Below are positions 53,633-63,125 of a stretch of DNA of 64,000 nt, piece after piece. The stretch spans positions 32,001 through 96,000 of the forward strand of contig CAXXTF010000001.1 of assembly GCA_963665775.2 (NCBI GenBank), given 5' to 3'. The position numbers and the translations under genes are program-made. The notes under the pieces were generated by a model. It saw only the letters and a program-made list of their open reading frames with translations, was not told the DNA's origin and did not search any database. Numbering within the stretch: the stretch's first letter is position 1; each line of letters opens with the position of its first letter. This stretch comes from Dehalococcoidia bacterium. GTDB lineage: Bacteria; Chloroflexota; Dehalococcoidia; SM23-28-2; RBG-16-64-32.

Positions 53633-53737
53633 GGCTATGAATCCGGACCGATCCGGAGCACCAGCCCTTCCCCTGGACGATCTGACGGCGGGCCGCCGGA
53701 GCAGCCGGGTGGCCCCGCCCGGGGCCCGCCCGGCCTC

Positions 53738-54337
53738 CTAGGCCGGCTTCAGGCTGAACGGCGGATACTCGTCGGTCAGCGAGAAGATGTAGGCCTGTAC
53801 TCGAAGAGACCAGCGAAAGACTCCCGCAACGAAGCCGTGCAGCCCGCGCGGATAGCGACCGGTGAACAGGATGGCAAACCAGGCGATCACCACCACAACA
53901 AGCGCTGCCAGAAATAGGAAGATCAGGATGATGAAATGCGGTATCGAAGTGATGATCTTCCAGATGGCCACTTTCCAGCGACTCAACCGGTCAGGGTAAC
54001 GCACATCGAAGTTGATCGGGTACTCGCCCTCGAACGCCGGAAACTGGTCCGTTAGCAGTGCCAGATAGCCCCCGGCCCGTACCTCGAAGCGCATGAGCGC
54101 CACCTGAAAGTCGAACATCCAGTGGGGCACGTACTGACGAACGAGCACCGCAGCCCAGATCGCCAGGACAACACCTCCTCCTGCCGCGCCAGCGCCTCTT
54201 GCCTCGTCGCCCCCGAGCAGCGCAAGGAAGATAGCCACGGGGATGAAGAAAAAGATTCGAAAAGCGGTGGAGAGGCGGCTGAGCCGCTCCGGATACTCGA
54301 CCTCAAACCTGACCGGGTAGCTCGGTTCTGTTGTCAT
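53738..54337 (-). CDS. DUF4389 membrane protein
   Basis: Duplicated YPERLSR...TDEYPPF units. Confidence 0.88.
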   Translation of the reverse strand: MTTEPSYPVRFEVEYPERLSRLSTAFRIFFFIPVAIFLALLGGDEARGAGAAGGGVVLAIWAAVLVRQYVPHWMFDFQVALMRFEVRAGGYLALLTDQFPAFEGEYPINFDVRYPDRLSRWKVAIWKIITSIPHFIILIFLFLAALVVVVIAWFAILFTGRYPRGLHGFVAGVFRWSLRVQAYIFSLTDEYPPFSLKPA

Positions 54338-54464
54338 GCTTAGCCTCCTTTGGAGTGATCCCTGGTGCCATCGACAGTATGACGGTGACAGACGGCAAAA
54401 GGTTCCAATTGCCTAAACGACTCAATCGCCACCCCCAACAAATTGCGGCGAAGATTCACAGGGC

Positions 54465-55211
54465 TCACGGTCTAACCTTCGCCCAGTCCACCACCGATCG
54501 CCACAGCGGAAGGCCGTCCTCGCCCCCCATCAGCGCCTCGCAGGCCCGCTCCGGATGGGGCATCATCCCCAGTACGTTCCCCCGCTCGCTCACGATCCCC
54601 GCGATGTTGTTCAGGCTGCCGTTGGGATTAGCCGCCGCCGTCACCTCCCCCTCCGACGTGCAGTAGCGGAACGCGACCCGTCCCGCCGCCTCCAACTCCG
54701 CCAGGGCTTCCTCGTCGACAAAGAAGCGCCCTTCACCGTGAGAGATCGGGATACGCAGCACCTGCCCCTGCTGATAGGCCTGGGTGAAGGCCGTGTCCGC
54801 GTTCTCCACCCGCAGGTTCACCCACTGGCAGCGGTACTGTAGGGAATCGTTGCGCATGAGGACACCTGGCAGCAGATGCGCCTCACACAGGACCTGGAAG
54901 CCGTTGCAGATCCCGATGACCGGCTTCCCGGCCTCAGCGTGGCGAACCACCGCCTCCATGACCGGCGAGAAGCGGGCGATGGCCCCGGTGCGCAGGTAGT
55001 CCCCGTAGGAGAAGCCTCCCGGCAACACCAGGCAGTCGTACGACGAGAGGTCGCGCTCCCGGTGCCAGACGAGATCCGCCTGCTCACCGAGAACTGTTGC
55101 CAGGGCGTAGTGACAGTCGTGATCGCTCCACGTGCCGGGAAAGACGACGACAGCGAATCGCAGGACCACAACCTCCACGTCCCTTATACCACACCACCCC
55201 CTCCACCACAT
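54465..55211 (-). CDS. purQ: FGAM synthase subunit PurQ (start probably near 55170)
   Basis: [24 protein letters not shown]. Confidence 0.97.
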   Translation of the reverse strand: MWWRGWCGIRDVEVVVLRFAVVVFPGTWSDHDCHYALATVLGEQADLVWHRERDLSSYDCLVLPGGFSYGDYLRTGAIARFSPVMEAVVRHAEAGKPVIGICNGFQVLCEAHLLPGVLMRNDSLQYRCQWVNLRVENADTAFTQAYQQGQVLRIPISHGEGRFFVDEEALAELEAAGRVAFRYCTSEGEVTAAANPNGSLNNIAGIVSERGNVLGMMPHPERACEALMGGEDGLPLWRSVVDWAKVRP

Positions 55212-55307
55212 GTAACCATGCCCCTCCTCCTACTCACGTTTTACAGATGGTAGGCCACCCAGCCACTGGAAGAGCCACATGAGACCAAGCTGGCAAGTAG
55301 ACCTGAA

Positions 55308-55499
55308 ATGGCTGGGCGGCCCCTAGTCTGTCTGGTCTGTATTGCCCTGGCTCTCTCCCCAACAGCCGGCTCCGTAGTCGGAGACTTCTTGAGGCTGTTC
55401 ATCTTCGGCCTCGTCGTGATCCTGGCCGCCACATTGGGCCATCTGGGTTGGTTAGCGTGGGAGCGATATCAGCACCCCCGCCGGATCGATACCGCCTGA
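55308..55499 (+). CDS. Small membrane protein
   Basis: Two hydrophobic segments. Confidence 0.4.
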   Translation: MAGRPLVCLVCIALALSPTAGSVVGDFLRLFIFGLVVILAATLGHLGWLAWERYQHPRRIDTA

Positions 55500-55649
55500 G
55501 GCTCTCCTCCCTTTCGTTGGGCGGCGCGGCGGCGGCGAGGCCTCATGGGCGCGTCCCTGTCGGAGCGTTCCCGAATGCCATCTGCTATAATGAGCCGCGC
55601 CCGCCCCAGCGGCGGACAGGCAGCTGACCACCGTCAGGAGGTAGCGTCC

Positions 55650-55991
55650 ATGGAAATCAGCTGGATAGACACGCCAGAGGAGTGGCGCGACGTCTTTATC
55701 ATGGCCTTCATGGTGGCCGGCATCCTCCTGTTCCTGATCGCCACCGTATTCGTCGGGCTCATCGGCTGGGCGGCGCTTAGGGCTGTCAACAAGGCCAGAA
55801 GCATCCTCAAGACCAACCTGCAGCCCACTCTAGAAAACGTGCGGGAGACCAGCGAGAGCGTGCGGGGAACGGTGGCATTCATCTCCGACCACGCGGTGCG
55901 GCCGGTGGTACGTGTTTACAGCACCTACGCCGGGGCCAGGCGGTTCGTCGCCACCTTCGCGCGGCTGGTACGCCATAAACGAGGCGGTTAG
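55650..55991 (+). CDS. Hypothetical membrane protein
   Basis: AGGAGG RBS, one TM helix plus amphipathic helices. Confidence 0.75.
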   Translation: MEISWIDTPEEWRDVFIMAFMVAGILLFLIATVFVGLIGWAALRAVNKARSILKTNLQPTLENVRETSESVRGTVAFISDHAVRPVVRVYSTYAGARRFVATFARLVRHKRGG

Positions 55992-56002
55992 GGAGATAGG
56001 CG

Positions 56003-56293
56003 ATGCGCTTTATCATCGGTCTCGCCCTGGGCTGTGCGGTCGGCTTCGCCGCTTACGTCCTCATCACACCGCAACGGCGCAGAGATGGAGAGGCGGCCGG
56101 TCAAGAGTCCCCGGAGGCTACGGCCCCCGACGACCACGATCCCGCAGCCGCCGTTCGCCGGGCTATGCGCTCCCTTCAAGCGCAGGTGCAGGAAGCCTGG
56201 ACGGAGGCGCAGGAGGCGGCCAAGGAGGCGGCCAAGGAGATACGAGCCAACTACCAGCGGATGGCCCACAGGACGGCCGAGAACGAGGAGTAA
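56003..56293 (+). CDS. YtxH-like protein
   Basis: MRFIIGLALG...ITP N-terminus plus coiled coil. Confidence 0.65.
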   Translation: MRFIIGLALGCAVGFAAYVLITPQRRRDGEAAGQESPEATAPDDHDPAAAVRRAMRSLQAQVQEAWTEAQEAAKEAAKEIRANYQRMAHRTAENEE

Positions 56294-56344
56294 GGACACC
56301 GCCCATTACCGCTACTCAACCCGGCGCCGTGCTACCATCTACCT

Positions 56345-56436
56345 GGAGGGGTGCCGGAGTGGTTGAACGGGGCGGTCTCGAAAACCGTTGTACCGCTTTG
56401 GCGGTACCGTGGGTTCGAATCCCACCCCCTCCGCCA
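56345..56436 (+). tRNA. tRNA-Ser(CGA)
   Basis: Cloverleaf with long variable arm, loop CTCGAAA, GCCA end. Confidence 0.95.
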
Positions 56437-56476
56437 GCCGAACGAGAGATCTGCAACGAGTAGTCGCGCTCCCCGC

Positions 56477-56564
56477 GGAGGGGTGCCAGAGCGGACGATT
56501 GGGCACGCCTGGAGAGCGTGTGTACCTTCGGGTACCGTGGGTTCGAATCCCACCCCCTCCGCCA
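56477..56564 (+). tRNA. tRNA-Ser(GGA)
   Basis: Cloverleaf with long variable arm, loop CTGGAGA, GCCA end. Confidence 0.95.
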
Positions 56565-56649
56565 CTCTCACCGCCGTCCGCCCAGCATCCCGCTCCTCTC
56601 TCTGGCGGCTCCCCGCTCCGCATGGCATAATCTCCACTCGGAGCCTGAT

Positions 56650-57318
56650 GTGAGACGCAACCTGGAACCCCTGGACGCCCTCCGCCTCCTCGGCGGCGGG
56701 CCGGTAGCCCTGGTCACCACCAGTTGGCGGGCTGAGACCGACGTGATGCCGGCCATCTGGACCACGCCCCTTTCGCGTACGCCACCCCTGATCGGCGTCA
56801 CCGTCCACCCCTCCCGCCACACCTACGACATGATCCGCTTCTCCGAGGAGTTTGCCCTGAATTTCCCCGGCCCCGAACTGACGAACCACACCCACTACTT
56901 CGGCGTCGTCTCCGGCCAGGACGTGCACAAGCTGGAGCTGGCGAAGCTGCCTACCTTTAAGGCCTCGAAGGTGAGTGCTCCCCTCCTCGAAGGATGCCTG
57001 GCCCACGTCGAATGCGGCCTCGAGGACGCCCTGCGCATCGGCGACCACACCCTGTTCGTAGGACGGGTGCTCGCCGTGCAGGCGGAGGCGGAGGCCTTCG
57101 AGGAGACGTGGCTGGTCGGCGACCGTGACTACCGACCGCTCCACTACCTGGGGCTGGATCGCTACGCCTTCCTGAGAGAGCGGCTGCAGGCCCATCTGCG
57201 CACCACCGAGGACGGCGCTATCGAGCTGGAGGAGACGCCGGAGGAGCGGGAGCGGCGGGAGGAGGAGGATGCACTGGCCCGGGAGCAGGCCCAGCGCGAG
57301 GGTGAGGAGGAAGGATAG
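56650..57318 (+). CDS. Flavin reductase family protein
   Basis: PVALVTT, EFALN, CLAHVEC, GDHTLFVG. Confidence 0.9.
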   Translation: MRRNLEPLDALRLLGGGPVALVTTSWRAETDVMPAIWTTPLSRTPPLIGVTVHPSRHTYDMIRFSEEFALNFPGPELTNHTHYFGVVSGQDVHKLELAKLPTFKASKVSAPLLEGCLAHVECGLEDALRIGDHTLFVGRVLAVQAEAEAFEETWLVGDRDYRPLHYLGLDRYAFLRERLQAHLRTTEDGAIELEETPEERERREEEDALAREQAQREGEEEG

Positions 57319-57379
57319 GGAGGCCCACTGGTGCCCCGCCTTGCCCGGCCCAGGCCAGGTGCACTAGACTGGGACTGTC

Positions 57380-57637
57380 ATGAAGGCCACGGTGCGCCTG
57401 TTCGCCCGCCTGAGTGAGCTGGCAGGCAGCAGGGAGATCGAGTTGGAGCTGGGCGAGGGCCTCAGCGCGGGCGAGGCCTACCGCCTCCTATGCACCCGAT
57501 ACCCTGATATGGCCGCCTACGCCGGTACCGTCATGTACGCCGTGAACGCCGAGTACGTGTTGCCGGAATATCCTCTCCGGGACGGCGATGAACTGGCCCT
57601 TATCCCACCTGTGAGCGGAGGCGCCCATGCTGTTTGA
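57380..57637 (+). CDS. moaD: Molybdopterin synthase sulfur carrier MoaD
   Basis: VRLFA...AVN...LIPPVSGG with a 3-aa extension (AHAV overlap tail). Confidence 0.93.
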   Translation: MKATVRLFARLSELAGSREIELELGEGLSAGEAYRLLCTRYPDMAAYAGTVMYAVNAEYVLPEYPLRDGDELALIPPVSGGAHAV

Positions 57638-58052
57638 AGTGACCAGCGAGCGGCTGGACCCCGAGCGACTGGTCAATCACGTTCGCAAGGACGAGAGCGG
57701 CGCCGTGATCCTCTTCTTTGGGGATGTCCGCAATAACAGCGAGGGGCGTCGCGTCCTCTACTTGGAGTACGATGCCTACCCCCAGATGGCCGAGAAGGTG
57801 ATGCGGCAGCTGGCCGAGGAGGTGATGGCGCGCTGGCCCCTGACGGACGTGGCCATCCAGCACCGCACCGGACGCCTGGAGATCGGCGATACGTCACTCC
57901 TCGTCGCCGTCTCCTCGCCCCACCGCAAGGAGGCCTTCGAGTCCTGCCACCACCTGGTCGACCGCTTCAAGGAGGTCGTCCCCATTTGGAAGAAGGAGGT
58001 GTGGGAGGGCGGAGAGGTCTGGATCGAGGGCGAGCCGGTGGAGCACAGTTGA
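57627..58052 (+). CDS. moaE: Molybdopterin synthase catalytic subunit MoaE
   Basis: LEYDAY, HRTGRL, VPIWKKE. Confidence 0.96.
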   Translation: MLFEVTSERLDPERLVNHVRKDESGAVILFFGDVRNNSEGRRVLYLEYDAYPQMAEKVMRQLAEEVMARWPLTDVAIQHRTGRLEIGDTSLLVAVSSPHRKEAFESCHHLVDRFKEVVPIWKKEVWEGGEVWIEGEPVEHS

Positions 58053-58582
58053 CCACACCCCAATACCCGCCACCTGCCGACCAACTCCGATACTGCCCTT
58101 ACTGCGCCGACCCTCTCACCTTTCGCACCCTTCCCACCGAGGACCGCCCCCGCCTGGTCTGCGACCGTCATCACATCCTTTACGTTAACCCCAAAGTGGT
58201 GGTGAACATCGTCGCCGAGCGCCGCGGCCGGTTGCTCCTCATGCGGCGGGCTATCGAGCCACGCATCGGCTCCTGGACCATGCCCGGCGGCTTCATGGAG
58301 ATCGACGAATCGGTGGAAGAGTGCGCCATCCGCGAGGCCCGCGAGGAGACCGGCGTGACGGTCCGCCCCCTGGCGCTCATCGGCATCTACTCCCGGCCGG
58401 CGCCGGGGCCGGGCATCGTAACCATCGTCTTCCGCGGTCGCGTCGATAAGGGCCGCGCCAGCCCCAGTCGCGAGGCGCTGGAGGTCCACTGGTTCCGGCC
58501 CCAGGAGATCCCCTGGGACGAGCTGGCCTACGAGACCACCGGCTGGGCCCTGCGCGACTGGCTGAAGGGGCGGCGCCGCTAA
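58049..58582 (+). CDS. Nudix hydrolase with N-terminal zinc ribbon
   Basis: YCPYC...RLVC..YVNPK; PGGFMEIDESVEECAIREAREETG. Confidence 0.9.
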   Translation: MTTPQYPPPADQLRYCPYCADPLTFRTLPTEDRPRLVCDRHHILYVNPKVVVNIVAERRGRLLLMRRAIEPRIGSWTMPGGFMEIDESVEECAIREAREETGVTVRPLALIGIYSRPAPGPGIVTIVFRGRVDKGRASPSREALEVHWFRPQEIPWDELAYETTGWALRDWLKGRRR

Positions 58583-60003
58583 CGACGCGGGGGACGCCCC
58601 CGCCGCGAGGGTGGCGGCCTGACAGCCGCCTGCTCCTTCCCCCAGAAGTCGAAGCGCCCCATCAGCAGGATGGCGCTCAGCTGAGGATCCGTGATCCGGG
58701 TACCTAACCGGCGCTCCATCTCCCTGAATGTGACGCTGGTCGTAATGACCGTGGGCAGGCAGGCGTTGTACCGGTAATTAACCAGCTGAAACAGCTTCTC
58801 CTCCGCCCAGGCGGTGCCACTCTGAGAGCCCAGGTCATCCATGATGAGCAGCGGCGCGGTACGCACCTGCTCGAACAGATCGTCGAACGCCTTCGGGTTC
58901 TGCGGGTTGAAGCTGACCCGGAGCCAATCTAGCAGGTCCGGCACCACCACGAACATTACCGGTGTCCCCGCCTCCCGGCAGTAGTTGCCGATAGCCGCCG
59001 CTAGGCGGGTCTTGCCGCGGCCGGTGGCTCCGGCTATAACCAGCCAATCCTTGGGCTCCTGCGCAAACTTCATCGCCTGCCGGTAGGCGCTCTGGATATC
59101 CTTCAGCTCCTCCCGCTCATCCACCGGCACGATCATCGGATCGAAGGTCTTGAAGGTCATGTCCCGCAGGAGAGGTAAGTCCAGCGCATCCAGGTCACCG
59201 AGCCCCGATGCCGGACCCGACTCCAGGTAGTGCACCTCCGACAGGGCGACATCGCTCAGGCGGCTCTGCAGGCGCGCATCGAAGCTGTCCAGGCTCAGGT
59301 TGCTGGTAAACACGGTGGGCATCTGGGCGTTGTATCGGTGGTTGATAAGCTGAAACAGCTTCTCCTCCGCCCAGGGGGTAGAGCTCTGCACCCCCAGATC
59401 GTCCAGTACAAGCACAGGGGCGGACCGCAGCAGCTCGAACAGCTCATCGTAGCCCACCTCACTCTCCGGTCGATAGGCCGCCCGCAGGTGGTCCAGCAGG
59501 TCAGGCACGACCATGAACAGCACGGGACGCCCACTCCGGATGCAGTGATCGGCGATGGCCGCCGCCAGATGCGTCTTCCCGCAGCCGCTAGGGCCACTGA
59601 ACACCAGCCACCCGGACGACTCCTGAGCGAAACGCTGAGCCGCCTTCATCGCCTCGCTGAACCGCTCCTGGTGGCGCGAGTTGGGGCTGCGCCCGCGGGG
59701 GCTCAGGTTGCCGAATGTGAGGCGGGAGAGCGACCCCAGGTTGCTGTAACGCTGGAGCCGCGCCAGCCGGTCCTCTTCTCGCTCATCGAGCGTGCACTGG
59801 CAGGGAAACGCCTTGCCGAAATCCGGGTGGCCCAGGCGAACCGCCCTCCGGACGAAGCCGGCCCCCCCGCAACGGGGACAGACGTCCTCGTCCTCGCTGA
59901 CCAGCGCCTCAGGCTCGAGCCCGGCGAGAGGAGAGCCTGCGCTTCCCCTCCCGGTAGCGCCGCTCAAACCACTCGATTTCAGGATCTCGTCCAGCTTTTT
60001 CAT
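58579..60003 (-). CDS. DnaC/IstB-like helicase loader with two tandem AAA+ domains
   Basis: CPRC...CQC; GPSGCGKT and GATGRGKT; two DDLG Walker B motifs. Confidence 0.9.
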   Translation of the reverse strand: MKKLDEILKSSGLSGATGRGSAGSPLAGLEPEALVSEDEDVCPRCGGAGFVRRAVRLGHPDFGKAFPCQCTLDEREEDRLARLQRYSNLGSLSRLTFGNLSPRGRSPNSRHQERFSEAMKAAQRFAQESSGWLVFSGPSGCGKTHLAAAIADHCIRSGRPVLFMVVPDLLDHLRAAYRPESEVGYDELFELLRSAPVLVLDDLGVQSSTPWAEEKLFQLINHRYNAQMPTVFTSNLSLDSFDARLQSRLSDVALSEVHYLESGPASGLGDLDALDLPLLRDMTFKTFDPMIVPVDEREELKDIQSAYRQAMKFAQEPKDWLVIAGATGRGKTRLAAAIGNYCREAGTPVMFVVVPDLLDWLRVSFNPQNPKAFDDLFEQVRTAPLLIMDDLGSQSGTAWAEEKLFQLVNYRYNACLPTVITTSVTFREMERRLGTRITDPQLSAILLMGRFDFWGKEQAAVRPPPSRRGRPPRR

Positions 60004-60709
60004 AGCTTGGGCCCTCCGCCTCCCATCTCTCGAGTATGCGCTGGATGTAGCGCCAGCTCCGCTTGTTCAGGCTCACTGCCTCCCGGAACGCCTCACGAAT
60101 CCACTCGGCCGGGTAAAGCTCCTCGGCCTGCTTGAGCTCATCGGCGATCAGCGGCGTGATGCCGCCCACATTCTCCTCGTAAAGCACGAAGATGTTGGGC
60201 CTGGTTGATCCCTCCGCCGGAGGCAGCGGCTCCTCCAGTCGTAGATCCGCCCCGGCTAACCCCTCCACCGCGCGGCGGTTGGCCGGCGTGTTCACCAGGT
60301 ACAGCTCCTCCTGACCCTCTTCGATCACAACCGTAGCCCGAAAGAGGGTGCCGCGCTCCACCGCCAGGAGCAGCCCTCGCTCCAGCGCCTGCCCTGAGCC
60401 CGTCGAAGGGGCCTCACCGTTCTCGCCACCGCCCAGGGCGGCCAGCGATCGCGATAGCGCCCCATCAGCGGCCAGCTCCCGGCGGGTCAGGAATCGAGGC
60501 GAACGCCGCTTCAACGTCTGGGCGAAGAAGAAGTAGAGGCTGACCGCCAGCTCTTCCGGACGCTCGATGCGGGGCAGCACCCGCGAGAAGAAGAGGTTGG
60601 GCACGGGCGTGGCCAGCCCCGAACTGGGAAACCCCTCGAACGGGCCGCCATCGCCGCTGGCATCGGCCTGAAGCCCTACACCATCCTCGTCCAACCGGGA
60701 CGGCCTCAC
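59909..60709 (-). CDS. DnaD-domain protein
   Basis: NIFVLYEENVG.ITP, AFREAV..NKRSWRYIQRILERW. Confidence 0.9.
   Translation of the reverse strand: MRPSRLDEDGVGLQADASGDGGPFEGFPSSGLATPVPNLFFSRVLPRIERPEELAVSLYFFFAQTLKRRSPRFLTRRELAADGALSRSLAALGGGENGEAPSTGSGQALERGLLLAVERGTLFRATVVIEEGQEELYLVNTPANRRAVEGLAGADLRLEEPLPPAEGSTRPNIFVLYEENVGGITPLIADELKQAEELYPAEWIREAFREAVSLNKRSWRYIQRILERWEAEGPSYEKAGRDPEIEWFERRYREGKRRLSSRRARA
60387..60414. repeat. In-frame 24-bp miniature repeat insertion (PSTGSGQA) in the DnaD gene
   Basis: GCCT-GCCCTGAGCCCGTCGAAGGG-GCCT. Confidence 0.65.
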
Positions 60710-62136
60710 TCTTCTTCCTCCCCGCCTTCCGGCTCCCTGACCAGCAGGTCCTCGAAGCGGGCGATCTTCTGACGAAAGCGCAGATGGTAGACGCCTGTGG
60801 GACCATTGCGGTGCTTGGCGATAATGATCTGCGTGTCCTCCGCCGGGTAGGCGCTGGCGGGTTTATCGGCGTGCAGCTTCTCCCACTCGTCGCGGCGCAT
60901 GTAGGCAGCCTCCCGGTAGATAAACATCACCACGTCGGCGTCCTGCTCGATGCTGCCCGACTCCCTCAGGTCGCTGAGCTGGGGCACGTGGGCGGCCCGG
61001 GACTCGGCAGCCCGGGAGAGCTGGGAGCAGGCCACCACTGGCACGTCCAGGTCGCGGGCCAGCTGCTTGAGCGAGCGCGAGATGTAGCTCACTTCCTGCA
61101 CCCGGTTTTCCGTCCGGACGCCGCCGTGCAACAGCTGCAGGAAGTCCACGATAACCAGGTCCAAGCCATGCTCAGTTCCGCGCCTAGCTGCAACCTCAAT
61201 ATCCAGGCGCCGGGCCTTGGACCGCATCTCGGCCACCGTCAGCATTGCCGAGTCGTCGAGGTAGATGGAAAGCTCCGACAGCGACCCCAGGGCCTGGGAG
61301 ATGCGCCGCTCGTCCCGGTCCGAGTGCTGGCCGAAGGCGAGGCGGGTGGAGTCGACGCCCGACTCTATGGCCAGGAGGCGCTGCACCAGCTGCTCGGCCG
61401 CCATCTCGATGGAGAAGAAGCCGACTGTCGCCTGCTGGCGGGCGGCGGCGTTGCGGGCGAAGTTCAGGACCAGGGACGTCTTGCCCAGGCTGGGCCGCGC
61501 GGCCACTACCACCAGATCGCCTCGCTTCAGCCCACCCAGCAGGGTGTCCAGGTCCATGAAACCGGTGGTGACCGCCCGGGCCTGGGCGGCCACCCCACCT
61601 ACCCCCGCCTCGGCCGACTCCAGGTAGCCCTCCAGGAGCTCCCGGATGTGCTTGAAGTCCCGTTGGGTCTCACCCTGCCGGACGGCGGCCACCAGCGTCT
61701 CGGCGCGGGACAGCACCTCGGCCACCTCCGGGCCGCCCTGGTAGGCCATCTGCGTCATCTGGCCGGCGGCGGTGATCAGCTTGCGATAGGTGGAGTCCCG
61801 CTGGACGATCCCGGCGTAGTGCTCCGCGCCAACGGAGGTAGGCAGCTCCGTGACCAGCTGGCTGAGGTAGGCGGCGCCCCCAATCTCCTCCAGACGACCC
61901 CTGCGGGACAGCTCGTGGGCGACGGTGATCTGGTTTATCGACTCGTTCCGCTCCCAGAGGTCATGGCAGGCCTCATACACCCAGCCGTTCTTCTCGCGGA
62001 AGAAATCCTCCGGCCGTAGATTCGGGGCCACCTTGTAGATGATTTCGGGGTCGACCAGGAGGGAGGCGATTACCGCCTCTTCCGCCTCGATATCGTGGGG
62101 CGGAAGCTTCTCCGCCCGTCCGGCCTCGACAACCAT
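60706..62136 (-). CDS. dnaB: Replicative DNA helicase
   Basis: PPHDIEAE, ARPSLGKT, SQLSR, DLRESGSIEQDAD, KHRNGP. Confidence 0.98.
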   Translation of the reverse strand: MVVEAGRAEKLPPHDIEAEEAVIASLLVDPEIIYKVAPNLRPEDFFREKNGWVYEACHDLWERNESINQITVAHELSRRGRLEEIGGAAYLSQLVTELPTSVGAEHYAGIVQRDSTYRKLITAAGQMTQMAYQGGPEVAEVLSRAETLVAAVRQGETQRDFKHIRELLEGYLESAEAGVGGVAAQARAVTTGFMDLDTLLGGLKRGDLVVVAARPSLGKTSLVLNFARNAAARQQATVGFFSIEMAAEQLVQRLLAIESGVDSTRLAFGQHSDRDERRISQALGSLSELSIYLDDSAMLTVAEMRSKARRLDIEVAARRGTEHGLDLVIVDFLQLLHGGVRTENRVQEVSYISRSLKQLARDLDVPVVACSQLSRAAESRAAHVPQLSDLRESGSIEQDADVVMFIYREAAYMRRDEWEKLHADKPASAYPAEDTQIIIAKHRNGPTGVYHLRFRQKIARFEDLLVREPEGGEEEE

Positions 62137-62233
62137 CTACCTTCGCCTGCTCCCGTTCTTACCGGGCTTCCCTTTATAGGTTGTCCCGTGCCTGTGGAAA
62201 CGCCCCCTCCCCCTCTTTCTGCCTGCCGGCAGG

Positions 62234-62848
62234 TCAGCCCCCCTGGCCCTCCTCCGGTTCGCTACCGCTCTCCTCCGTCGCGGCCTCCTCGTCGCCAGCC
62301 GTAGCGGCCTCGGTTGGCTCGCTCTCGATTGCCTCCGGCTCGCCTGAAGCGGCCGCCTCGATCTCCTCAGCGGCCGGCGCCTCGGCAGCGGGCAAGCCAC
62401 CTAGCGGCTCTACGTTTACGGTGATCTGGGTACGCACGTTGCGGGTCAGCCGAACCGCCACCTCGTGGGGGCCCAACTCACGGATGGGTGCCCGCAGCTC
62501 AACCTGCCGGTGCTCTACCTCCACGCCGGTCGCCTCCTGCAGCGCCTCCACGATGTCGCGGGCGGTGATGGAGCCGAACAGCTTCGCCTGCTCGCCCACC
62601 CGGGCCTCGATGGCGAGGGCGTGCCCCTCAACCTTCGGCAGCACGTATTGGCGGGCCTCCTCGTCCAGGCGAGACTGGCGCCGGGCGTCCTTCTGTGCCT
62701 TGGCCTCGGCGATATTCAGGTAGTGCTCCGTGGCCGGCGCGGCCAAACGGCGAGGCAGCAGGTAGTTGCGGGCGAAGCCGTTCGCAACGTTCTTCACCTC
62801 GCCCGTGTGGGCGGTGCCCTCCACTTCCTCCAGGAATACGACCTTCAT
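62234..62848 (-). CDS. rplI: 50S ribosomal protein L9 with acidic C-terminal tail
   Basis: GFARNYLLP, KLFGSIT. Confidence 0.97.
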   Translation of the reverse strand: MKVVFLEEVEGTAHTGEVKNVANGFARNYLLPRRLAAPATEHYLNIAEAKAQKDARRQSRLDEEARQYVLPKVEGHALAIEARVGEQAKLFGSITARDIVEALQEATGVEVEHRQVELRAPIRELGPHEVAVRLTRNVRTQITVNVEPLGGLPAAEAPAAEEIEAAASGEPEAIESEPTEAATAGDEEAATEESGSEPEEGQGG

Positions 62849-62936
62849 GCGAATCTCCTTGCTTGTGTAGCTAACCAGACTACATGAGCTAAATGAACTC
62901 TTTGAGCGGTTTGTAGTGTTGAGAACTCCCTAGAGA

Positions 62937-62965
62937 CTTCCCACAGACTTTCCACAGTATTCACA
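62937..62965 (+). promoter_or_regulatory. Three tandem DnaA-box-like 9-mers
   Basis: CTTCCCACA, CTTTCCACA and GTATTCACA versus TTWTNCACA, in the AT-richer region upstream of rplI-dnaB. Confidence 0.55.
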
Positions 62966-63125
62966 GAACGCACGTGCTACATCCAAATACAGTCTAATAG
63001 CGCTCCCATGGTAAGGTCAAGCGCTTACGCGGTTGACGTTTCGTATCTGAGAACGCGACCACAAGCCTAGAATCAACACTGCATGTGGACTGTAGGTTAC
63101 CTGAGCACCAAAAAATGCGCCAGTC

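Noticed and set aside
56403-56564. Identical 3' ends (about 34 bp) of two neighbouring tRNAs as a possible att duplication
   Set aside because: Both are complete tRNA-Ser genes with different anticodons, and there is no integrase or cargo between them
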